This document shows, piece by piece, positions 37,278 through 47,129 of a DNA stretch of 64,000 nt (position 1 is the first letter of the stretch; every line of letters starts with the position of its first letter). The notes under the pieces were generated by a model. The model saw nothing but the letters and a program-made list of their open reading frames with translations. It searched no databases and had not been told where the DNA came from. The position numbers and the translations under genes are program-made. Location: the NCBI GenBank assembly GCA_963845145.1, contig CAWJQU010000004.1, positions 224,001 to 288,000 of the forward strand. Reading direction: 5' to 3'. The stretch comes from an uncultured delta proteobacterium. GTDB taxonomy: Bacteria > Desulfobacterota > Desulfobacteria > Desulfobacterales > QNYZ01.

Positions 37278-38429
37278 TTAGACATCGGTTTGGGGAAGAC
37301 GCACTCCTATGTGAAGGATAATGCCCCCAACTGCGGCGATGCCGGCGCTGACCAGAAATAGAAAAAACAGACCCGTATGGGCATATAACCAACCGTTGAT
37401 ATAGAACCCTACCATCAATCCCAATCCATAAGTAATCGAATTGTTCACTGCTTGCCCGAGGGCTTTATCTTGCTTGGGAGACAACTGGTCCACATATATA
37501 ATACTGGCCATATGGAATACCCCGTAGGTGACGGCATGCAATCCCTGGGAAAGCATGATGATGACGGGCGATATTGTCCAATAGAGAATCAGCCACCGAA
37601 GGATCGCCGCCCCAAAGGCATATAGCATCATCTTTTCAGGTGAATAACGACGAAACAGCCGGGCGGATGCCACCATAACAAAAATTTCGGCCATAGAGGC
37701 CAATGCCCACGCCATTCCAATATATGTTCCGCTGAGCCCCAGGTTTTCCAGATGGATTGAGAAAAAGCCATAGTAAGCGCCATGGCTCACCAGCATGCAA
37801 AAGGCACAAACCAAAAACAGGGTGAACCGGGAAGTGAAAAGGGTTCGAATCTCCGTAAGAGAGAGCGATGGCGGGCTTCTTTTTCCCGGCGGCAGGGCGG
37901 TTGCTAAGACAGATTGGATAATCGACCCTGCGAGGACCATTCCCAGGATGATGCCGACGCCTGACGTATCGATTATGTAACCCAAGGCCAGTACGACCAA
38001 AATAAAGCTGATGGAACCCCAGGCGCGGGTCTGTCCATATCTGGGTTTCTCACCGGCCAGCACATCCATGGTCATCGTTTCCAATAAAGAGATGATGGGG
38101 GTGTAAAATATACCGTAAACCAATGTGATCAGAAGCATCGGGCCGAAATCGGTGGTGAAAAAATACCCCGCCCAGATCAAGGTGCCAAAGACATTGCACA
38201 CGACATAGATTCGTTTTTGAATACCCAAGCGATCTGCCAGCAGGCCCCAAAAGATGGGAAACAAAACAATGGCAAATGATCGCACGGACGACAAAATACC
38301 GATTTGATACCCTGAAAAACCGATGTGGTAGCAATAGAGATTAAAATAGGGGAGTACGGCGCCCATGACGGCGAAATGAAGGAAATATTGGGAACGGATG
38401 ACGGTTAATGGTGATGCGGCGAGGGCCAT
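37278..38429 (-). CDS. MFS transporter (HcaT / MFS_1_like)
   Basis: About 12 TM helices; WGLLADRLG, YGQTRAWGS and SQGLHA motifs. Confidence 0.88.
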   Translation of the reverse strand: MALAASPLTVIRSQYFLHFAVMGAVLPYFNLYCYHIGFSGYQIGILSSVRSFAIVLFPIFWGLLADRLGIQKRIYVVCNVFGTLIWAGYFFTTDFGPMLLITLVYGIFYTPIISLLETMTMDVLAGEKPRYGQTRAWGSISFILVVLALGYIIDTSGVGIILGMVLAGSIIQSVLATALPPGKRSPPSLSLTEIRTLFTSRFTLFLVCAFCMLVSHGAYYGFFSIHLENLGLSGTYIGMAWALASMAEIFVMVASARLFRRYSPEKMMLYAFGAAILRWLILYWTISPVIIMLSQGLHAVTYGVFHMASIIYVDQLSPKQDKALGQAVNNSITYGLGLMVGFYINGWLYAHTGLFFLFLVSAGIAAVGGIILHIGVRLPQTDV

Positions 38430-38627
38430 GGACGATGATTTCCTGTTTTCATGGTGTCGATGGTGATCAAAGCGTGTCTAATCATTCACCAGTATAACAG
38501 GGGTGGGATATTGAAATCCAGCCTCAAAAGCAACGCTTAATCATTGGATAGAGTGGGGGGATCGAGTAGTCGCTATTTTCCTAAAAATTATTTAATTGTT
38601 GCCCCGGGTTTCTTTTTTCTCGGTTCC

Positions 38628-39209
38628 TTATCCCTCATCAGCAGGGGTATCATCCGCGGAGCCGGATACACGAATTTGGACGGTTGCCGCGAAGGACTCG
38701 ACCTTTCCGTCGTGCGCGGTAAAAGTGAAGCTGTCGCTACCCTGAAAATTGGCATTGGGGGTATAGGTCAGATCCGGTGCCACACCTGTCAGCGAACCAC
38801 TATTCGGGGGGTTAACGACCCGGTATGTCAGTGCATCACCATCAACGTCCGTGGCCGTAAGCGTAATATTAACGGCCGTATTTACCGGGGTTAGGATACT
38901 TTGATTCAGGGCCGCAGGGGCTTGATTGTCCAGGGTCGAATAGGTGGTTTCACAGCACAGGTCCGTGCCATCTCCCCAGCGGAAGGTCTGGGCGAAACCA
39001 TCGCGGTTATACCAGTAGGTCAGTGTATGCACACCGTTTTCAAAGGTTTTTTCTTCATCATCGGGTTTACCGCGATCGTCCACAAGATCGTCAATTTCCT
39101 CATCACAATCACACCCGCTCAGATCGAATTCATCACTATCGCAACCGGTTAGCCAACCGGTCATAGAAAAAACAACCACAATGATCAGTGCAAAAAGAAA
39201 GCGTTTCAT
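38628..39209 (-). CDS. Acidic lipoprotein with a C-terminal Ig-like (Big_9 / tandem-95 type) domain
   Basis: Lipobox LTGC; NQAPAA..ATDVDGDALTY..YTPNANFQGSDSFTF. Confidence 0.78.
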   Translation of the reverse strand: MKRFLFALIIVVVFSMTGWLTGCDSDEFDLSGCDCDEEIDDLVDDRGKPDDEEKTFENGVHTLTYWYNRDGFAQTFRWGDGTDLCCETTYSTLDNQAPAALNQSILTPVNTAVNITLTATDVDGDALTYRVVNPPNSGSLTGVAPDLTYTPNANFQGSDSFTFTAHDGKVESFAATVQIRVSGSADDTPADEG

Positions 39210-39398
39210 TGTTATGGGTCCATTCATGAAATGTTGGTTTAATGGCTTGCCAGTCTGTATGGCCGCTGGGTTTGATGATGGAATCATTCTCACAGATGAG
39301 GGCTTCCTGTCAAGTAATTGGGTCTGCGGCGGTTGGATTGGCGTGTTACGGTGTTTGGGGCAGGGCGTGTGGTACGCGCGCTCATGGGCCCAAGAATT

Positions 39399-39827
39399 TT
39401 ATTTCATGCAGTTTTTACAGATGCCGTCCACCCGAATTTCCACTTTGTCAATTCGGCCCGGAAACGTATTTTGAAAGGGCGTGGTATCGACTTGGAAACT
39501 GTTCGGATTCAGGCAATCCATCTGTCCGCAGCTTTTGCAATAAAAATGGGAATGGGGCTGGTGGTAATCATTGGGCGCAAGGCCAAAATAGGTGGCCCTT
39601 CCGGCGGTGCTCAAGCGCTCGATAATACCGTGATCGACCAAACGGTCGAGAATGCGATAGACCGTGACGCGGTTTATGGAACATGTCCGGCCAAGGGTTT
39701 TATAAATATCCGAGGCAGACAACGGAAAACTGTTATTGCCGATGACCTCCAGCACGCGTAGACGGTTGGTGGTTGGTTCCAGGTAAGCGGCGGTCAGCAT
39801 ATCCGGATAATTGCATCGATGGCACAT
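39399..39827 (-). CDS. zur: Fur-family regulator, probably Zur
   Basis: VTVYRIL, HSHFYCKSCG and CKNC; last gene of the Zn ABC operon. Start at ATG 39827. Confidence 0.78.
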   Translation of the reverse strand: MCHRCNYPDMLTAAYLEPTTNRLRVLEVIGNNSFPLSASDIYKTLGRTCSINRVTVYRILDRLVDHGIIERLSTAGRATYFGLAPNDYHQPHSHFYCKSCGQMDCLNPNSFQVDTTPFQNTFPGRIDKVEIRVDGICKNCMK

Positions 39828-39837
39828 GAGGTATCCT

Positions 39838-40680
39838 TCAAAGGGAATTGGCAACCTTTGATCCGGATGAACGGATCTGGTCAAGGATCTGGTCAAGGAT
39901 AAATGAAATGATAAAAACAATTCCGGAAACCAGAATAATCGAGGCGCCGGAGGTCAGGTTATACCGATAAGCCAGCCAGAGTCCGGTGATGGTGAAGACA
40001 GCGCCCAGCAAGCTGGACCCAACCATCATTTGCAGTAAGGATTTGGCGTGTTTTTCAACGATGAATGGCGGAATGGTTAAAAGGGCGATGACCAGAATCA
40101 GGCCAACGACCTGAATGACCATGACAATCGTTACAGCCAGCATTCCGATCATCGAAAAATAGAGCCTTTTGACCGGCACACCTCGAATTCGAGCGAATTC
40201 CTCATCATACGATAGTGCCAGAAGATCTTTGTAGTAGAACACCACCAGGCCGGTGATGCCGATGCCTATAATGAGCATAACCCAAAGGTCCGAAGCAGGG
40301 ACGGTGAGGATGCTGCCGAACAGATAGCTCATCAGGTCGACATGGTAGCCGGGGGTCAGGTCGATCAAGATAATACCGGTGGCCATACCCAGGGCCCAGA
40401 TGACGCCGATGATGGTATCGGCACGATGTTTGGCTTTCAAGCTGACAGCAGCCATCAACATGGCGGCTGCTAAAGAAAACCCAATAGTCCCCACCAGATA
40501 GGGCAAACCAAAGAAAAAGGCCAATCCGATTCCGCCATAGGCGGCATGGGCGATTCCGCCCGATAGAAACACGATTCGGTTGACCACCACCAGCGTTCCC
40601 ATAATACCGCAGATGATGCTGGCCAAAAGACCGGCCATCAGGGCGTTGCGCATAAATTCATAACCAAGGGCTTCAATCAT
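39838..40680 (-). CDS. znuB: Zn/Mn ABC transporter permease
   Basis: GIAHAAYGG, SYLFGSIL and QVVGLIL motifs (ABC-3 family). Confidence 0.85.
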   Translation of the reverse strand: MIEALGYEFMRNALMAGLLASIICGIMGTLVVVNRIVFLSGGIAHAAYGGIGLAFFFGLPYLVGTIGFSLAAAMLMAAVSLKAKHRADTIIGVIWALGMATGIILIDLTPGYHVDLMSYLFGSILTVPASDLWVMLIIGIGITGLVVFYYKDLLALSYDEEFARIRGVPVKRLYFSMIGMLAVTIVMVIQVVGLILVIALLTIPPFIVEKHAKSLLQMMVGSSLLGAVFTITGLWLAYRYNLTSGASIILVSGIVFIISFILDQILDQIRSSGSKVANSL

Positions 40681-40684
40681 GGCA

Positions 40685-41500
40685 CTATTTCTCGTGATCC
40701 GTCAGCACGCGATGCGGCAAACCATGGGCCACGAGCTCCACGGGGCATACATCTTCCGCCGCACAGGGGTACATGGTCTCCAGCATTTCCCCGGTGATCT
40801 CTGCCTGATCATGGTAGTGCAGCCGTTTGTTTACGCAGGCTACCGATTTAATATAACGGGATATCACCAGGAGGTCATGGCTAACCACCAGGATAGTGAT
40901 GTCCTGGTTGAGTTCTTTGAGGAGCGCGTAAAAATCGGCCTGTCCCTGGGTATCGATACTGGCCGTGGGTTCGTCCAACAACAGCAACATCGGCTGAGTA
41001 ACCAGCGCTCGGGCAATAAAGACCCGTTGGCGTTGTCCCCCCGAGAGTTCTCCAATTTTCTTAGCGGAAAAGCGACCCATTCCCAGTTGCTCAAGGGCGC
41101 GCAGCGCATCCCGGCGGTTTAGGGCGGTATTTTGCGACCACCGTTTTTTGGGATCCAGTTTTCCCATGAGAACCACATCCAGGGCCGAAATGGGAAAGCG
41201 GCGATTGATATGGACATCCTGGGGGACATACCCGATACAGGCGGATGCCTTTTCAGCGGGCGCACCATTAACCCGGATCTCTCCTGTCTCCGGCTTCAGT
41301 AACCCCAGGATTAGTCGTAACAGGGTGGTTTTACCGCCGCCGTTGGGACCGATCATGGCAATGAAATCTCCCTGGGAAACCACCAGATTGATTCCCTCGA
41401 TCACGGCTTCACCTCTATAGGCAAAGGTCACATTCCTCATTTCAACAATAGGTTGGCGACACGGGTTCACATTAGTTTGGCGACATGGATTCATATTCAT
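40685..41500 (-). CDS. znuC: Zn/Mn ABC transporter ATPase
   Basis: GPNGGGKT, IGYVPQ, LSGGQRQR and LDEPT motifs. Confidence 0.85.
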   Translation of the reverse strand: MNMNPCRQTNVNPCRQPIVEMRNVTFAYRGEAVIEGINLVVSQGDFIAMIGPNGGGKTTLLRLILGLLKPETGEIRVNGAPAEKASACIGYVPQDVHINRRFPISALDVVLMGKLDPKKRWSQNTALNRRDALRALEQLGMGRFSAKKIGELSGGQRQRVFIARALVTQPMLLLLDEPTASIDTQGQADFYALLKELNQDITILVVSHDLLVISRYIKSVACVNKRLHYHDQAEITGEMLETMYPCAAEDVCPVELVAHGLPHRVLTDHEK

Positions 41501-42441
41501 TTTAAAACAGCGCTGATTTTTTCGGCAATGGTTTCCAGATTGGCTGTCCAGTTCTCTGCTAAAGGGTCGGCCAGAACAACCTGACCGTCAATGGCCCTGG
41601 CAACGAGCCGGGCATTTTTAGTGGATAGTTGCGGTTGGGCGAAGATAACTCGTATTCCTTTTGCGCGCGCATGTTTGATTAAATGTTGCAATTGGGCTGG
41701 TTTGGGCGTTTTCCCCTCGAGTTCAATGGGGACCTGCCGCAGCCCGTAAGCTTGGGCAAAATAGCCCCAGGCCGGATGGAACACCACAAACTGAAAGCCC
41801 TTTTGGCCGGCAAACATATTGGTCAGGCGGTTATCAAGTTGATCTAATTTGGATATAAATTGTTGAAAATTGGTTTGATACACTTTTGCATGGGCCGGAT
41901 CTACCGCTGTGAGAGCAGCTAATATCGTGCGCGCTTGTATCTTTACCAGGGGGGGAGACAACCAAATGTGCGGATCAAGCCCCGAATGTGTATGGTGATC
42001 ATGGCCATTTTCGGGATTTTTACCGGGTTCCTCTTTTCCATGGTGTTCAAGGGCGTCGGTGTTACCGCTCTTTTTGCCAGGGTTGGAATCAACTGTCATG
42101 GGCAATTTTTCGATCCCCTGGTCGGTGTGAACCACTCTCATCCGCGAGTTGGCGGCCGAAATCTTATTTAACCAAATCCGCTCAAATTCAACGCCGATGG
42201 CAAAATAGAGTGTGGTTTTGGCAATGGCCACCATTTGCCGGGGCTTGGGTTCATACGTATGTGGGGCGGCACCGGGTTGCACCATCACGTGGATATCAAC
42301 CAGGTCTTTGCCAATTTGTTGCACAAAGTATTTCTGGGGAACAATGCTGACAAATACCGGCATCTGCGCGAATGCGCTCTTAGTTAAAAAAAATATTAAT
42401 AACCAGATAGTTACATAAGTGAATTGGTTAAGCGGGCGCAT
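41497..42441 (-). CDS. znuA: Zn ABC transporter substrate-binding protein
   Basis: PHTYEP, a His-rich loop, DPHIWLSP and FHPAWGY. Start likely ATG 42441. Confidence 0.88.
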   Translation of the reverse strand: MRPLNQFTYVTIWLLIFFLTKSAFAQMPVFVSIVPQKYFVQQIGKDLVDIHVMVQPGAAPHTYEPKPRQMVAIAKTTLYFAIGVEFERIWLNKISAANSRMRVVHTDQGIEKLPMTVDSNPGKKSGNTDALEHHGKEEPGKNPENGHDHHTHSGLDPHIWLSPPLVKIQARTILAALTAVDPAHAKVYQTNFQQFISKLDQLDNRLTNMFAGQKGFQFVVFHPAWGYFAQAYGLRQVPIELEGKTPKPAQLQHLIKHARAKGIRVIFAQPQLSTKNARLVARAIDGQVVLADPLAENWTANLETIAEKISAVLK

Positions 42442-42600
42442 AAGAGTATTCTTAGTTTGGGAAAGTATTATAAGGTTTATGGGCACACGCAACAGAATAA
42501 TAAATTGAAATTTTAATTGCAATCATTAAATCGATTCTCAAACTATCCGTTTAGAAATGAATTACAGTATATTAAAATTCCATTTTTTAATATTAGCACT

Positions 42601-42617
42601 ATGCAACTGTGTTGCAC
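42601..42617. promoter_or_regulatory. Candidate Zur box
   Basis: ATGCAACTGTGTTGCAC (TGCAAC-N3-GTTGCA palindrome) upstream of znuA. Matches my recollection of the deltaproteobacterial Zur motif ATGCAACnnnGTTGCAT. Confidence 0.7.
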
Positions 42618-42787
42618 AAGAAAAGGTCTGGGGGTTTTCGGATTACCCGGTGGTTTGCGGTACGCTGGCGGTATCTGTTCTCGAAAAGAGAAAATGTCGG
42701 TTCGCTTCCGGTCGATAGCTGGAGACCCAATTGATGAAATCAAAGAGGGAAACCAAAGAGGGAAGCCAAAAAGGGTTTTGGGGAAAG

Positions 42788-43477
42788 CTAATTGTCCAAT
42801 TCTAAAAGAGGTAGCAGCTCGTTGAGGCGTTCGATATGAACGGCAGCGGCTGTCATTGAACGGTTACGATAAGCGATGAGGGGCATACCGGCTGCCTGGG
42901 CGGCTTCCTGGTCCAGCTGGGAATCTCCAATATAAATGGCTTGCGCTGGTTTGATTTTGAAATGGTCGGTGACCTTTAACAGCGGATCGGGGTAGGGCTT
43001 GGGGCGGGGGACATCCAGGCAGGAGATCACCAGGTCAAAAAAATCTTTCAGTCCATGGACCTCCAGTACGCGTCCAATGGTATCGCTGCGGTTTGTGGCG
43101 ATGGCGGTGATGAACTTGGGCCTTAATTTTTTTAACACCGGTTTCAAGTCTGGTTCAATTTCCATCAATGGATAAAACGGTTCGTAACCAATGGCGTCGC
43201 GATACGCTTGTACTCGCCGGATGAGATCGGCGTCATCACCGAACAAAAATGCAATACTATTTCCCACTGTGTGCATCTGGATGTATTCAAATTGAGTCGG
43301 TGTCATGTCCGGTTTGCCGAAATGATTCAACAAGCGGTTGTAATAAGCGGTGTTGGCACTGACCGTATCGAACATGACCCCATCGCAGTCAAAGATAACT
43401 GCTTTGGTGGTCATGCCGCCGAAATTGGTTAACAGCGATTGACTCACTTTGTTTTCCTGCCTCCCCAAATCATTCAA
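42788..43477 (-). CDS. HAD-family hydrolase (phosphoglycolate phosphatase-like)
   Basis: IFDCDGV, ATN, KPYPD and IGDSQLD motifs. Start uncertain (43414-43477). Confidence 0.88.
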   Translation of the reverse strand: MNDLGRQENKVSQSLLTNFGGMTTKAVIFDCDGVMFDTVSANTAYYNRLLNHFGKPDMTPTQFEYIQMHTVGNSIAFLFGDDADLIRRVQAYRDAIGYEPFYPLMEIEPDLKPVLKKLRPKFITAIATNRSDTIGRVLEVHGLKDFFDLVISCLDVPRPKPYPDPLLKVTDHFKIKPAQAIYIGDSQLDQEAAQAAGMPLIAYRNRSMTAAAVHIERLNELLPLLELDN

Positions 43478-44314
43478 TTATTCATCGGCACCCGGTTTAG
43501 GTGAATCCGGTTTAGACGATTTTTTTTCGGGCGCCGGTTTATCGTTGCTTTTCGGTACGCGAATATTGCCATAAACGCGAATCTTAAATTCAGGTTTCAG
43601 GGGATTGTCCGTTTTGAGCACGATGATGTCATGATATTGCCCGGCCGTTTGACGACTGTTTTCTACTATTAGTTCATATTCGGTTCCGGTTTTCCCGGGT
43701 TTTTCTTTAAGTGCAAATTTGATTTCGTCCCCTTTTTGGGCATTTTTTTCGGTAATGGCAAAGGGGTACTCCTTTTCGGGGATGATGGCCACCGTCTGGG
43801 AGATGGCCTCTCCAACCGTTCCGTTCAGCTGAACACGGGTGGGGCGGATGGTCGCAAATCTTTTCACATACCCTTTGACCACCAGGGTCAGATCTTTCTT
43901 TTTGTGGTCATTGGTCTGGACCGTTATCTTTTTGGTTGTCTGGCGTCCGCCATACCCTTGGGTCGATACTTTGGCTGTGAGGGTTCCCTCGCCACCGGCG
44001 GGGATTTGCTTCGAGTACGAAGCGGCTGTGCACCCTCAGCCCGTGCGTACTTTTAAAATTTTGAGCTCGGCATTGCCGGTGTTTTTTATCACAAAGGTAT
44101 GGGTCACGATCTCGCCATCAAGCACCGGCTTAAATTCATAGATCGGTTTTACGGCCTCAGCTTTGGCAAAGGCCTTGGCCTCGGTCTGCTCTCCTTGGGA
44201 AAGCTTGGTTGTATCGGATGGTTTGGCCGCTTGGTCGGCGAGGCCATCGCCATGGGTCATAAAAAGGCCCACGCCTATCGCAACCATCAATAATAGTGTT
44301 TTTATTCTGCTCAT
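43478..44314 (-). CDS. Exported DUF1573-like Ig-fold protein with an in-frame UGA (probable selenocysteine, U93)
   Basis: GGAGGAG RBS and a signal peptide. Reads HTFVIKNTGNAELKILKVRTG-(TGA 44036-44038)-GCTAAS..IPAGGEG and continues in frame into ORF 43478-43882; hairpin downstream of the UGA. Confidence 0.8.
44008..44023 (-). promoter_or_regulatory. SECIS-like stem-loop
   Basis: GCTTCG-TACT-CGAAGC starting 12 nt after the in-frame UGA. Confidence 0.6.
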
Positions 44315-44398
44315 TTTTAAACTCCTCCTATAAAACATAGACAACGCCCGGAATGGCTAATCAAAAACGTGGCTTTTGTCAAGATCCGGTTGCAGAGG

Positions 44399-44441
44399 CC
44401 CGATCGTTGAAACCCGATCGTTGAAAATCGGGTCGTTGAGA
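44399..44441 (+). repeat. 14-bp tandem repeat (2 exact, 1 degenerate)
   Basis: CCCGATCGTTGAAA twice, then ATCGGGTCGTTGAGA. Confidence 0.65.
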
Positions 44442-44471
44442 CACGGTTTGTAAAAACGAATTCGGTGATGA

Positions 44472-46907
44472 TCACATCATTAAGTACGGATCCACGTCAA
44501 TGGCAATTTGGACCCTGCGATCGTTTTTAACCATGGGGTCGATGGTACTCAGGCGGCGAAGATATTGGTGCAATATGCCGGAGGTTCGTCCCTTGATAAG
44601 AATCTGCCAGCGGTACCGGCCGGAAATCTTGGCCAGTGGGGCTTCGATGGGGCCCAGCACGGAAATTGAACGGGTAAAAGCCTCTTCGAAAGATTGTAGT
44701 TCACGGCAGGCCTTTCCCAGAGCCTGCCCTTTATTTTTGGTGCCGGCCATATTTTTACCGGAGATTTTTAATTGGGCCAATAGCGTAAACGGTGGATAAT
44801 CAAGGGCTTGGCGAAACTGGATTTCCCGTTGATAAAATTGCTTATAATCCTGGAGCTTGGCCGCTTGAATGGTGAAATGGCCGGGATTATAGGTTTGTAA
44901 AATGACCCGCCCCGGAGACTCGCCCCTCCCCGCCCGCCCGGCAACCTGGGCTAGAAGCTGGAAAGTCCGTTCACCGGCACGAAAATCCGGAAAATCCAGA
45001 GAAAGATCCGCGCAAATGATGCCAGCCAGGGTGATATTGGGATAATCGTGCCCTTTGGCCACCATCTGCGTGCCCACGAGGATATCGATTTGACCTTCTT
45101 TGAGTTCTTTGAGGATCTGCTTGAACGCGCCTTTACGGACGGTTGTGTCCCGATCCATTCGTTTTATGCGTGCCGCGGGAAATAATTTTTGAGCGATGGA
45201 TTCCACTTTTTCGGTCCCCATGCCCAGGGCTCGAATTGAGGAAGAGCCGCAGGCCGTGCATTGGATATTTGCCGAACGTGAATACCCGCAATAGTGACAT
45301 TTATACATATGCTGGGCCTGGTGGAGGGTGAGGGTGATATCACAATGACGGCAGTGAACCGGGGAACCGCAGGCCATGCAAACCGGATTTCCGGCAAAAC
45401 CGCGGCGATTCAAAAAAAGAAGGACCTGTTCCCCCCGGTCCAGGGATTGGCGCATGGCCTGATGAAGCGGCTGGGAAATAACCCGGGAAGGACCCCGCAT
45501 GGCCTTGGTTTTGCGTAAGTCGATGATGTCCACCTCAGGGAGCGATCGTTGTTTGACGCGGCGAGGCAGAACAAGTCGGTGGTATTTGCCCGACCCTGCA
45601 TTATAAATGCTTTGAACCGATGGTGTGGCCGACCCGAGCAAAACCAGTGCGTGGCTTAGCTTGGCACGGACGATGGCCAGATCGCGGGCTTGGTAGCGCA
45701 GCCCGGTTTCCTGCTTGAAGGCTGTATCATGTTCCTCATCCACGATGACCAGCCTGACATTTGTCAAGGGTGCAAAAACAGCGGACCGGGCCCCGATCAC
45801 GACCGGCGTTTCCTTATTGATGATGCGTCGCCACTGGTCGAAACGTTCGCCGGTGGACAGGGTACTGTGCAAAACAGCCACCCGATCCCCAAAGCGCGCC
45901 CGAAAGCGTCGCTCGACTTGAGAGATCAAGGCGATTTCGGGTACCAGTACCAGGACCTCTCCCCCGGCTTCAATCACCTGTTTGGCCAAAGAGAGATACA
46001 CTTCGGTTTTGCCGCTGCCGGTGACCCCTGCCAGCAGATAGGTTTTGAATCCGTCTCCCAGGGTGCGGGTTACTTCTCTGACTACTTTTTGCTGATCGGG
46101 CGTTAAGGACGGTGGCCGGTCCCTTCGAACGGTGTCTCCGAAGGGGTCGCGATATACAGGGCGCTGGTGAATTATTACCGCGCCTACGGCCGCCAATCCT
46201 CGAACCACGGCAGCAGCGGTGGGTACCCTTTTGCTTAGTTCGGTCAGGGGAAGCTCACCGTGCTGATTCAGGGCCTCAATGATCTTTTTTCGGGGAGGCG
46301 TGACGGGTTTGATATCGGGCTGGATTAATTGCACAACCCGTTCGGTTTTAATTCGGGTTTGCCGGGTGGAAAGCTGTCTGCGAAATTCAATCCAGCCCTC
46401 GGCTTTCATTCCCGACAGCAGGTCTTTGGGAAGCGGTGTTTTAATTCGGGCTTCCAGTTGCTGTTGTTTGCAAGGACCGGATTCAAGGCATTCCAGAACG
46501 GAACGTTTGAGCGGTAGTATATCGGGCTTTACCAGGGCCGCCTGACCGGATTTCGTGATGGCGATCTCCGTATACTCGGTGAGGTTGAGACCGGCCGGCA
46601 AAGCGGTTTTTATGACCAGGCCAATGGGGTACAGATAGTACTCGGCGATCCATTGAAAAAAGGGAATCATTTCCTGGGGATACAGAGGCGTTTCGTCGAG
46701 GATATCGAGGATTGCTTTGATTTCGCCATTGGGGGGCTGTTCGGAAACCGTCTGGGTGTAGCCGGTGACCCGCCTGTGCCCAAACGGCACTAGTACGCGA
46801 TGGCCAGGAGACACCCTCTCCAGCATCTTAAGGGGCACCCCATAGGTGTAGGTTTTGTGGACGGGTAAAGCCACGGCCACATCGAAGTAGGCGGCAAAAT
46901 CGGTCAT
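44472..46907 (-). CDS. priA: Primosomal protein N' (replication restart helicase)
   Basis: GVTGSGKT, DEEH, four CxxC pairs, KGHDYP and QVAGRAGR. Start likely ATG 46907. Confidence 0.95.
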   Translation of the reverse strand: MTDFAAYFDVAVALPVHKTYTYGVPLKMLERVSPGHRVLVPFGHRRVTGYTQTVSEQPPNGEIKAILDILDETPLYPQEMIPFFQWIAEYYLYPIGLVIKTALPAGLNLTEYTEIAITKSGQAALVKPDILPLKRSVLECLESGPCKQQQLEARIKTPLPKDLLSGMKAEGWIEFRRQLSTRQTRIKTERVVQLIQPDIKPVTPPRKKIIEALNQHGELPLTELSKRVPTAAAVVRGLAAVGAVIIHQRPVYRDPFGDTVRRDRPPSLTPDQQKVVREVTRTLGDGFKTYLLAGVTGSGKTEVYLSLAKQVIEAGGEVLVLVPEIALISQVERRFRARFGDRVAVLHSTLSTGERFDQWRRIINKETPVVIGARSAVFAPLTNVRLVIVDEEHDTAFKQETGLRYQARDLAIVRAKLSHALVLLGSATPSVQSIYNAGSGKYHRLVLPRRVKQRSLPEVDIIDLRKTKAMRGPSRVISQPLHQAMRQSLDRGEQVLLFLNRRGFAGNPVCMACGSPVHCRHCDITLTLHQAQHMYKCHYCGYSRSANIQCTACGSSSIRALGMGTEKVESIAQKLFPAARIKRMDRDTTVRKGAFKQILKELKEGQIDILVGTQMVAKGHDYPNITLAGIICADLSLDFPDFRAGERTFQLLAQVAGRAGRGESPGRVILQTYNPGHFTIQAAKLQDYKQFYQREIQFRQALDYPPFTLLAQLKISGKNMAGTKNKGQALGKACRELQSFEEAFTRSISVLGPIEAPLAKISGRYRWQILIKGRTSGILHQYLRRLSTIDPMVKNDRRVQIAIDVDPYLMM

Positions 46908-47129
46908 TGGTTCAAAGGCATGGTTGAAAAATATAATCCGACTCGAAGCGAAGGCCGATTCGCCGGCAAGGTTTCGCACGCCTTTTGTCCAATGGGGTGG
47001 GGTTGTAAACTGACATGACACATGGCTGTCCTGTTTCCTTTGGTTCCCTTGATTCCCTTGGAAGGCGTCGAACCGGATAAAAGGCTATGAAAGGATTTTT
47101 ATGATGCGTTGGTCACAGACCGTTAGCGT

